This document shows positions 24,301-35,351 of a stretch of DNA of 64,000 nucleotides, piece after piece; positions within the stretch are counted from its first letter, which is position 1; every line of letters begins with the position of its first letter. Below the pieces are notes generated by a model. The model searched no databases and was not told where the DNA came from. It saw only the letters and a list, made by a program, of their open reading frames with translations. The stretch comes from Ophelia neglecta (Eukaryota): the NCBI GenBank assembly GCA_965285935.1, contig OZ260661.1:100068001-100132000 (forward strand), read 5' to 3'. The position numbers and the translations under genes are program-made.

Positions 24301-27300
24301 GACCCATCACCCCTCCACGAAGACAGTTGACTAGTCTTTGTTCCTATGGAGGGCTCATATCAAGTTGCAGAGCCTGCTATCAGGGATGATACAGCAATAG
24401 CAGTATACCTGCCTGCCACTACTACATCAATGTGACATGTGCATACAAGTAGTGTCTGACAGTCAACAGTTGCAAAGCATGCAGATCAACATGTACATGT
24501 GTATATATATATACATAAAAGATTAATTGTAGTGCATATAAAAGAAGGCCCATAGTAATTTTAAGCAGTTAAAATTAATGTAAAGTATTTAACATAAACT
24601 ACGATATAAATAATGATTTTGGAACCCATGATACACACCATTTTACCATTAAGAACATATTAGAACAATAATGCACTGTAACAAGTGAAGAAGTTAAAAT
24701 ACAATGTACATATACTGTGAAAGCCCATTAAATTGTGAATAAATGGGAAATAAATTGACTGATACTTTGAACTTTCTTTCTCGGAGAACATTGTTGCCCT
24801 TGTCTACAGGCAGTGATTACAAACATTGTCCAGAGTTACATTAAACACTTACTGTCTTCTCTCTAAGCTCCTTTGTCTATATCTAAAAATGGTGCTTTTG
24901 AGAGAGGAGAGAACTTGTCAGAAATGTTTGTGTATTCAGTTAACTCTTCAACAAGACGTTGAGAAACCCAAGCCCCCCCCCCCCCCCAAAATTAAAAGGG
25001 GTAGTAAACATGTCAATCGCAAATTCACTCCTGGCAAAGTCAAAGCAAGAGTGGGTTCCAAACCCGGCATCCCTCAAGACCCCCATTTTTTTTTATTTGC
25101 TCAAAACACTGGAAATCGTAGGAAATGGAGAGAACAGCAAAATAAGTTAATCAATTCATGTTAAACCCTAAAACTTGCCCAGGCATATATACCATACCTG
25201 TGGAATATAATTTTTGTGGGCTTAATAGTTACCAAGCTATAGCCAAGACAAATGGCGGTTCCGGCAATGGACATGACCCATTACATATCCCACCACTTTT
25301 TACAAAAAAAGGTTCGGGGCAATTATATCATACATTTTATAAAAAACGACTACCAGTATTTGCCCCTCATCAGTCATTTTAATATCTAGATTCACATTGG
25401 AAATGGTACACTTTTCTATGCCTGAATAACACAATAAAAACAAAGGCATGTCATAAATGATTCATTGCTGCTGCACTGCAGGGTTGGATATTTGAGAAAT
25501 TAAAGACAGCTTGCTTTAGATAAACATTCCACGACGTTTGTGGGAAACTAGAGTATGCACATGACTTGTCAAGTCAAAACTAATTGATCAATGAGGACAA
25601 CAAATGACTTATTGATTAGTGGAAAACTAGGAGACAAAATCAATGTGGCATAATGGCTTACATTGGCTGGCTATTCAAGAAGACTGACCAGTGAGGAATT
25701 GCTTGTTAATACTCAAATACTGACCATAGCTGCGTGTAATACTAGAAAGGATAACTTCTGACATTTCCGACCGGTAGAGATTAAATTTCCCAATATAATC
25801 TACTTGCAATGTTCTACTGTTTGCCTATTTCTAATTCTTGATGGTGCAGGCTTTCTACTACCTATTATATTGGCCCCTTCTGTCATTTTGAAACAAACTG
25901 TCATTGATAAAAACATGCTTTTGTTTCCATATTGAATACCATATGCATGATAATAGTGTCCTTGAAGCAGGGTGAGCGGATGGTACCAGTATTGATAGTG
26001 GATGCTGAACTTTTATAAAATGACATTTTGAAGACTTTGCTGTGAAAGTTTATTATCATACTTTCATAAATTTCGTGTCAAAATATCATGGCCTGCTAGG
26101 CATATCTCATTTCAATGGTTCATATATAGCATATTCAAATATACTACTTTAGATAGCCTGCTTACTAACAACTACCAGTTTTTTAATGTTGTGTTATCAA
26201 GCACTTTCATTGCCATAAACCTCTTAACTCTGCAGCTCTAGTTCTGATAAAGGTAGACTGCAGTAAATGTAAGAATGTGCTCCAACAATTAAACTGCTTG
26301 AACTGTCAAGAGTGTGTAAGATAGAGATTCATAGTTGATTTTGTAGTCCGAAATAAAAAATATACCCTGACACCATATCAGCTCCTCTTTGACAGGGCTG
26401 ATACTACTTTCCTTCTGATACCATCATCTCAACCAGGTATTAGATGTCAAAAACTAATAATAATACATAGTTAAATATACAGTACATTTCCACGGTTCAA
26501 TACACCAGTTTCAAATAGCAAGCTAAAAGATAGTTCAAAAACAAAATATTTATTTAAATCAGCTTAACTTAATTGCTGAAGTGGGAAAACACTGCCACGA
26601 TATATATTTAAAGAGACTGAACAATTGCCTAAGTAGTGTGGCAACAACTAGTGCTTGAATCAGAAGATTCTCAAATTTCCTCCAGGAGGAACTCCGCTGC
26701 TAGTAGCATATGCAGTTATTATACTACTTTCCTTCTGATCCTTTGCACTTGAGCTACTTGCAGTGGCGGACTTGTCCCATCTGATGTTCAAGTACACAGT
26801 ACAACAGACCAAATTAGCAATGTACACTGTACAGCGGTCTGCATTCTCTTCACAGCAGACTAGATTTTCTAATGTACACTGCACAGGAGATGTCAGATGT
26901 ACAATTTACAACCAACTAAGTTATCTGATGTTTTCGTTTCAGATGTACACTGTACAGCAGACTAGATTTTCTGGTGTGTTCATTGCATATTTCCAATTTT
27001 TGAGCAGACTAGATATTCTTATGTCAGATGTACACTGTACGGCAGACTAAATTATCTGATTTTCTAAGATGAAGACTGTACAACCAACTAGATTGTCTAA
27101 TTTTCTAATGTATGATGTACACTGTATGACAGACTAAATTATTTGCTGTACACTATACAACACATAAGCTTCTCCTTTGTACAATATACAGCAGAATGGA
27201 TTATCAGGTCAGACGTACACCGTCGAGATGCCTGGATCTTGTTAGATGCACACTGTATGATAATTTATTACTAACAATGATCTTTGAAAGCCCACACACC

Positions 27301-30300
27301 TGTGCCATTTGCCACTTTACATTAGCATCTTATCTGCATCTGCCTTGGCATGATGCAGATGTTTTCATCATTATCTAATTGACTAATTCACCTGACTGAA
27401 GATAAATATTGCATTAAACTCACCACTGCACAATCCAAAGTTTGAAAATTTAAATGTGGAGCAAAAAAAAAAAAAAAATTATTTAGAGTCTGTATACATA
27501 CTTATAGCTTTGAGAGGCACTTTGTTTCATTTCAGCCAGCTCTTTCGACCACTTCTCTTTGACATCTTCCTTTCCTGCTCTCGGTAGTCGGTCCCTTAGT
27601 TCTTCCATGACAGACGGATCCCCGTACATGTCAACTAACTGCTCCAGACGGGCTTCCGCTGCTTTCCTGAGGGCTGACTCCCGGCTAATGTCTCTGTCCC
27701 TGCAAACACGAAACAGCCACACTTGGGCATTAAAAAACATCCTTAAAACAAAATATATGTTTACCAATTCATTACATATTCTAAAGAATAAATCACATTA
27801 ACTGCTGAATAAGTTTGTTATAATTTACTCTGGTAAACAAGACTTCCTTAGGCCTTAATTTCCTTCCTAATTCATTTCATATTCTCGGTTCAAAGGCACA
27901 CTAGATATATGAAAGCCCTATATTTGCTTTGGTTTGTACAGCATGCATTGCAAAACATACAACAACAACACAACAACAAAGCTGACAATAAATAACCTTT
28001 TTCAAGATATTGGCCAACAATTAGCTAATATCAACACCAAGATTACTTTAATTAGGTTGTGTCCTTAAAATAATTTAAATGATCTTTGCAGAGCACTTTT
28101 TTCTTATTAAAACTCACTATTTTGCGTTCACATTGCTATAGCAACCAACTTTTGACTGATATACATGTATCTACTTAAAATTAATTAGGACATGGAAATG
28201 CTGAACCATTTGTCCCTGAGATGTTCAGCAGATCAGTGGTTCAGCAGATCAGTGGTACAAAGTGGTACAAAGACCACAATCACTGCACTTTGATAGCCAA
28301 GTATGGCAGATTGAAGGAGTATATACATTTCTAACATTACTTTTTTTTAAACATTTTTTTAAGTGCAGGCTAGTATTCTTTATCACCAGAGGCAAACCTG
28401 ACCTCTAATGGTTTGCTGAGTCAGCCAACAGGATTCAAATATATCTTCTGATCACATTTATTGAACAATTCAATATCCTTTACCTTTGATAGTGCCTTTC
28501 AGATCAAACTTCACAGGAATCCCAGTAAACCGACGGTTGATGGGAAAAACATTTACAAGTTTCCATTTCATAAGTTTAGTATGGATAACAGTCAATGAGC
28601 TCATGTTGATTATTGATTATGCTCCTACATGTCAATTCACAACACTTAATATTTCTTAAAATCTAGAGTTGACCCCCCCTCCCCCCCCGAAACAAAATAT
28701 TAGGTAGCAATTCAAATGGTGTGTGCACAAATTATTTTATGTTCTATCAGGGATACATGTGAAATAGTATTGCTAAAAAAGATGGGAGGGAGAAGAAAGT
28801 TTTGGGATTACTGTAGCAGTATCAGACCTCTACCCATCAGGGTGCCAGCACCTTCCAATTGCACCAGCTGATTCTGATGGCTATCATTGAAATAAATAAT
28901 TATTAAATGTATATCAACAGCCAAAAGCTCCCGTACCGCTAGAGATATGTTCCGCCTTTCTGTCCTCACCTGACCAAACCCCCACAAGAAAACATAAAGG
29001 TTCTTGGCCTTTTATATTGCAACACAAATTCCCACATGACAAAAATAAGCAGAGCCCTCCCCCCCCCCCCCCCCCCCACCATTATCAACCGAAACCATGC
29101 TTCTCATTGGCATCCAAATTAACAACCAATATATAATAAAATACAACTCGCAACTTCAACATGAAACAATTAGGACCATTTTTGGCAGACTTCGACTGAA
29201 ATGTTCCTTCATACTGGCCAGACCTGCCCCGCGACTTTGTTTTCAGTATGCCCCCCCCCCCCCTTACGGATGGGGCGGATCCACACCTGGTCCACCTGGT
29301 ATCTTTAACCTGAGTACATTCAAAACAACTAAAGAACATACATGTGGTCATTGAATATATATTAAACTATGTACATGGTTTTAGAAGTCGCTTATGGTGC
29401 AAGACACATTTTTATAAGAAAAACATGATTGGGGTAGATACATGTGAGTTACATGATTGTGGTGATAGATATGATAAAGTGCCTCATGGGCGGATCACCA
29501 TCAAGTTAAATTGCCATGCTTTAAGTGCACACTTCTCATCTGGATTGGAGCCTTGCTCACACTCCCTCAACAACGAGCGGTTGTCAATTACCAGGCAGTG
29601 GACTATTCTAATGTGGAGCCTGCTGATTCCACTACCCAATCAGCACCAAGTAGTTGCAATGAAGGATGACCTACAGTGGGAGTCATTGGAGGCAAGTAGG
29701 GACAAATTTAGACTTGCCATGTCATCTTAGATTGTTCATCAACTTGGACAATGGTTCATCTGAGGAACAGGTTTGGACAAGACGTGTTTGGGCACCTAGC
29801 AAGGAGGCCTTCAAATGCTGGTGGGTTCAAAGAAGAGCACTCCAGTTTTGCTTCCAAACTAACATGAAACAGTTTATATAATTTACCCCCTAGTATTACT
29901 CCCTTATTCCAGAGAAAAAAGTAATTTAATTTGCCCAAGGTTAACCTACAACCCTCCTACCACTTTCCCAAAACAAGTTACTTCAATTATCCCCTCCCTC
30001 CCTGATCCATTTCCACAACTATCATTCAACATTCATTGTGAAACTTCCAGTAGGATCTTTTACATAGAAAGCTGGGGCGTTATGTAAAGAAGTAGAAGAG
30101 GAAAATAGTGATAATAATGAACAGATTGTGATGTAATTTAAAAAAAAATTTAACCTGAGTGTTTTAATTATAACAAAGGAGTCACTAGCAGTGGTATACA
30201 TCGCACTTATCCCTTGAATGGAGCTATAATATATGAAGTATGTTTTAAGCTTTTTTATTATTAAGCTTTCCATATGTTCCCCTTGTATTAGAAGTGTGTT

Positions 30301-30845
30301 TAATACTGTATAAATAAATAAATTGGAGAAAAGTAATATTTGAAAACTAATGAAAGAAGTGGATCTACAACCATGAACATACTCCATTCATGCATACAAG
30401 ATGCCACCAACAATCATTTATACGCACATCTTTTAAATGCACAATCAATGTATTGACAAAAGCTCATATTGCTGACAATGTCAGTATATTGGTAGCACCT
30501 GTTCAAGCACCTGTGCAGGCTGGCATTCTACCAAACGCTTTCATTATCGCTCACTTTATTGACAAATACCTGTGAATCTAAGTCCCCTTGTTAAATATAC
30601 GCTATACGTTGTCCTAAACGATCTTTATATGACATTGAAAATGGAGCTGTTTATTTCTTGGCTACACTTAGTCACTGAAATATGATTTAATCAAATATTG
30701 ATGAGACTATATTATGCTAAACTGGGTAACAAACAAGTCTGGTCTCGAATGAGATTGGAATGCAGAATTGCAGAATGACGATATGCACTCACTTGTCTTC
30801 GATCGTGTCCCGCAAGCTGGTGACTTTTTCGCGAGTCCCATCCAT
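329..30845 (-). CDS. MIPOL1: Mirror-image polydactyly 1 homolog (coiled-coil protein); multi-exon, 3' part lies beyond the window start
   Basis: Phase-consistent GT-AG exons on the minus strand: 30845-30793 (MDGTREKVTSLRDTIED), 27699-27502, 22437-22367, 21365-20587, 20353-20248, 19735-19606 (LVEEIYRAQKKRDEAMLGRLRIANEERDEA), 18287-18251, 15953-15783 (SLKELLSEIETADS...ITTEEMKAILEERDSAVAK), 15124-15038, optional micro-exons (see findings), 1724 or 1719 to 1692, and 423-329 (AKLLATQQERDMALTKTRKLEEELQTLRVYYS). These blocks match recalled vertebrate MIPOL1 segments LVEEVYFAQKERDEAVMSRLQLAIEERDEA, RITAEEMSALIEERDAALSK and KKLEEEIQTLRVYYS. Confidence 0.9.
5370..6700. repeat. Tandem array, about 3 copies of a ~450-bp unit built from ~150-bp sub-monomers
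   Basis: AAGCTTCCACAAGACCCCCC recurs at 5485, 5928 and 6379. The GGCGGCCATCTTGTTTTT motif recurs with alternating spacing of about 145 and 305 bp. Confidence 0.9.
6704..6775. repeat. (GGAC/GGTC)n microsatellite within the HINE
   Basis: Directly visible: ggacggtcggacggtcggtcggtcgg...ggacggacggacggac. Confidence 0.95.
10140..10660 (+). mobile_element. Possible degraded non-LTR retrotransposon APE-type endonuclease relic
   Basis: Weak, correctly ordered resemblance to APE motifs: GGGI, LAIYEPT (cf. VIYRPP), YTAILDITDL (cf. IILGDFNL), QLICQPYH (cf. QLVxxPTH). Catalytic residues are degenerate. Confidence 0.3.
26782..27260. repeat. Degenerate minisatellite, unit about 30-35 bp (AGATGTACACTGTACAGCAGACTAGATTTTCT)
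   Basis: Many variant copies of TGTACACTGTAC and CAGACTAGATTTTCT; lies in MIPOL1 intron 2. Confidence 0.85.
29050..29289. mobile_element. Probable truncated MITE (CAGG..GGATCC-type end, poly-C tracts)
   Basis: Ends in GGATCCACACCTG; internal poly-C runs at about 29059-29077 and 29250-29263. The matching left TIR was not seen. Confidence 0.35.
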
Positions 30846-31448
30846 TGCTGACCGGAGCTGACAAATAAGTTGTTGATCTTGTTTTGGTAGATGAAAATAT
30901 TCCTCCTTTTCTGGACCTCTGTCCAATCTCCTGTGATAGAAATCGCCTTCGACTGCAGTGGCCGCCATCTTTCCTCGCCCGTAAACAAATTTCGGTGTTG
31001 GGGAAATCCTATGACGTCATTTCGAGGGAATACCCCTCTCCGGTTCTTCTGCTGTCGACTGCTAGCAGTAGAGAAAGCTGGGAACAATATTTGATGTCAC
31101 TTTCATGTTTGGGTTGCTTTTTCTTAGGTTTAATAGTTAACTGGTGCCATTTTTCTCCACAGTTTTATAATTTAGTTTATTACATTCACAGTATCTGGAC
31201 AGATATAGGGAATGCAATAAACAATAAGCAAGATAAAAATGGAATCTCCAGGGCTAGCCGGGCTTATCTTTGGGGCGCACGGCGCGGGGCGGCCCCCCCT
31301 CCACCCTGCTCCCTCCGGGAAACAATTTTTGCAAACAATTTATAAAGCCCAATCACGTGGTATCCTACGTCATCTAGTCGGAATACCCCTTCTTCGAGTA
31401 CGATTGCACCAGCGCTAGGATCCAGCCATAAGTCCTGTCAAAGTGACA
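30846..31448. promoter_or_regulatory. Bidirectional promoter region, MIPOL1 / CYP46A1-like
   Basis: 603 nt between divergent ATGs and locally CpG-rich. YY1-like GCCGCCATCTT (30961), Fox-like GTAAACAA (30981), palindromic CRE ATGACGTCAT (31011-31020), kB-like GGGGAAATCC (31000) and GGGAATACCCC (31026), and TATAAA/CCAAT/CACGTG (31341-31359). Confidence 0.7.
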
Positions 31449-34400
31449 ATGATGTTTATGTCACTTATGTCTGCCCTCCTGGGATGTATTCTCATCATGG
31501 CTTTTGTCTTGTTTCTATGTTACACACTTTATATTGCCTACATTCACAGGAAGTTTGATCACCTTCCAGGTCCGGAAATTGACAGGTGAGTGTCACAAAT
31601 TATTTCATCATTATCAATACCTGTATTACTCCGATTTTAGGAGAGCTTACAAACATAATGTAAACAATACGAAAAAAAAATTAAATCAATAGTGGTTTTA
31701 AACAAGTAACAACTAAAATCAATAGAACAACTTGTGGGCAACTAGAATTCGCCTTGAGGGCAACCTTATGTAACAAGTCAACTTAAAGTTGCTAGTTGCC
31801 CCCAAGTCAAATTGAAGCTACCCCAAGACAAATAGGTAACACTTAAGTCATGCCGTACTAGGCAAGTCATTTTACATTTACCTTCAAGTTGTATGAAAGA
31901 CAGCTAATCTAATTGAAGTGACATATAAATACACTACACTACAATACTCTGCAAAAATTTTAAGTATAATTAGTTCGGAAGCTCTAGCCCTTGGAGCAGC
32001 ACATAATATCCCCTGTCTCCAATACTTAATTAATGCAAGTGCCCCCCCCCCCCCCCCCACCCTCCTCTGAGTATGCCATGTACCACACAGGTCCCTTGCC
32101 TCAGCGTTCCTATGTATTATAGTCCGAAACAAACCTGTGTCAAGCTGCCATATGATATTGTTTGACCCTAATATCTGCTCATTCTTTCCAGTTTTTACAT
32201 GGGACACCTCGCAACAGTAAGGAAGATGTATGCACAAGGAAAATACACACACATTCTCTTTTGTGAATGGTAAGAGATTATTGATGTGAATAAACAAAAT
32301 AAAAGTGTACAGCACTGGCCACTGGGGAGACTGTCATGGCAAACCTGGTGCAAACTGCATGCCTTCATTATTTAAGGGGAGCTATTTATAACTAAGAAAT
32401 ATTTACTATTGATATTCTACCTGTAAGTTATTGGTCCATTAAAAATCCTGTAGGTAATAATTTGATACAAGGCTTCACATACATCTTCATCGAGAGGTCC
32501 CAAATAATATTTCTTTTACACATGCCAAATTTAATAATGACGTCTACTGCAATGGGATGAAGGTATAGAAGTAAACTGTCTGCTGCTAGATTAGAACTTA
32601 ATTAGGATTGACTATATCAGTGACAATTTTTTTGTCATATAGGCCTATATATACATTTATTTGTGAGCATGAAATTGCCATATGAAATGGAAAAGTCACA
32701 AAGTGACTGGCCAACAGTGTTAAAAGCTCAAATAAAACAATATGAATTCGATATTGTTGTCTTGCAGGGCACAAACATATGGGCCCCTCTACAAAATTTT
32801 TATCTTCCACAAATGTTTGGTTATCACAAGTGGTCCTGGTATTCTGAAGGTAAGTTACTTCACTTTGAATTACCAGTACAGTGGTCCCTGCGATGTAGGG
32901 ACTCTCCGATTAAGGGACCCCCTCTAACCACAGGACATTTTTCAGTGTCCATATCCTATCTTTCCTATATTAATGTACCTCTGATGCTTGGATTTAGAGG
33001 TGTCCCTACATCGCAGAGACCTCTGTAGTCAGTAAACTACTTTATATGCAGCATTCTTCCAGTTTCATAATGCTTGACTGTAATTCGATGCATTAATTTA
33101 TTTCTGGATGTAAATTTAAAATGAACATATTATTTTTTTCTTGTTTTGAATATTGAATGTTTAAGAATATAATTACAACTGTCGCAGGAGATTCTCACCA
33201 AAAGCAAATATCAGAAGGCAAAGGAAACATACACCAAGATATTTAATGTTTGCGGAACCAGGTATGATAGACCAAGTGGTAATAAATTTAATGTTGAAGT
33301 TGTTCATGATTTCAATGAATTGATAATTATTGCCTCAAAATTAAAATATTTTGCACAGGTATTTAGGAATAAGCGAATGTAACTCATAAGGTTAGTAAAG
33401 CGATGCTTTATCTCAAAGACTTACTTACATCGCGCTCATTTTCCTGGTCTTTATTCACATTAAACTGCAATGATTTTTTTAGTATCTTGAGCTGACAGAA
33501 TATGAGCAAGAACAACTGAACATGCATGAAGGCATCACTATTGAGATATAAATGTGTGCATTCTAAATGTGAAGGGAAGCCTGGATATGGAGATGGTCAT
33601 AAACATTATGTGGATGAAAGATGATCATGTATGTGGATGAAAGATGAAAGAAGAACATATGTGGATGAAAGATGAAAGTAATGTGGATAAGAGTATGAAT
33701 CAATGAGTGAATCAATGAATCAATGAGTGACTCAATGAGTGAATCAATGAATCAGTGAATTAGTGAATCAATGAAAGAATGCATTATTCAAAAGAACCTG
33801 CTATGCTTCGATCATCTCAAGGGTCTACACTAACTATTGCCCGACGTCCTGGGGCACCTCAAATCTGCTTGCGGGCACAAAGGTTTTAGTTACTAACTTC
33901 CCGCCGGGCAACCTGCTAAAATTCCCCAAATCGCCGATTTTTGGATATCTTGTATATTTTATATGCACAAATATTTTTGTGACAGTAAGCCTAGGGTGCG
34001 GGCAAGTAGCTTCCTGGTGCTAAGAAAAATTAGTGTAGACCCCTGCATCTAGGCTTTCTTTTATCTATGTAAATAAATCATCTTTGGAACATGTGTACTA
34101 GCTTTGAATAGCCCATGGATGAGAATATAGAACAGGCACAGGTGGAAATCCAGCTTGCCAGATGTAAATCATTCTGGGCAGACATTTTTTTTATTCTTCT
34201 TTGTAAGCTTGATATGCCTCTTTCATTTTTTTTTATATGTTATTTGCAAAATGACTTTTTTAAAGTCTAAGCTAATGTTTGTGATTTTTTATAGTTATCT
34301 GTACATACACAATTTGTTAAGCAATTTAGATTGTGACTTCTCCATACTAACTAACATAAACACTGTAGTGAGAAGAGTAGGGTTTTGGTGGATTGTGGGC

Positions 34401-35315
34401 TTTTGGTATACTCCTTACATTTGTGATAGAGTTAATATTCATTTTGTACATACATGATGAGGTTAATAATCAGATGTTAGGGAGGAGGAGGGAGGAGTCA
34501 TTATGGTGGGGAATTGATGGTGGGGGAGGGAGCAAAACACTGCTGATGGGGAGGAGGAGGATGGATGGCGTGGCAGGTGGGCAGGAAGGGGGAGGTGTTG
34601 GGGGGGGGGCGTGGAGATCTCTGATGTTGTAAAACAGTGGGTTGTGAGCTGAATATTCTAATTTTTCATGCTTAAAGTTTTTTTTTTAATTTTATAAAAT
34701 AACCACATCACATGTATCCCAATTTTGTAAAAATGTTTTTTAACTGAATCGTCATTTGTCATGTCCTTAAAAATATGTGGCTTTTAGTTAAGTGGTTATA
34801 ACGACGTTTTAATTATCTTTCTAATTATAAAGACCAATTCTTTAGAATGTTTTTATAGCCATTCTTAAGAATAACTTTGATCATATTTGTTGAAGTGGTT
34901 ATCTCCATTTGTTAGATTTCTTGGACGTGGACTGGTTACAAATACAGATCATGAAAACTGGCACAAACGGAGGTCTGTCATCAATCCAGCCTTTCATAAA
35001 AAGTAGGTCAAATTATATTCTTTTAATATCTGCTTATTTATGCATCAGTCATTCTTTCAAGGAGGCAATTCCAGAATAAACATGAACATGTCTATGTTTT
35101 CCTTTAAAAAATTGGCTACCATTACTTCATTTGTTAAATCATGCAGAAAGGCAACATACTGTATATTCTAGTTGTCAACTTGATTGAAAAGTGTCCAGAA
35201 ACCACTTGTCTTGGGTAATTTAAAGTTTTCTCTGAAAGGCTGCAAGTTGATAAAAATCTGACAGTAGCATTCTATTCATCTAATCTTGTCAAAGGAAATA
35301 TTTAAATGCCACTGA

Positions 35316-35351
<36 letters not shown>

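Noticed and set aside
30707-31345. ORFs of 126, 153 and 67 aa across the MIPOL1/CYP promoter
   Set aside because: No recognisable domains; they are expected by chance in a GC-richer promoter, and the true first exons use other frames.
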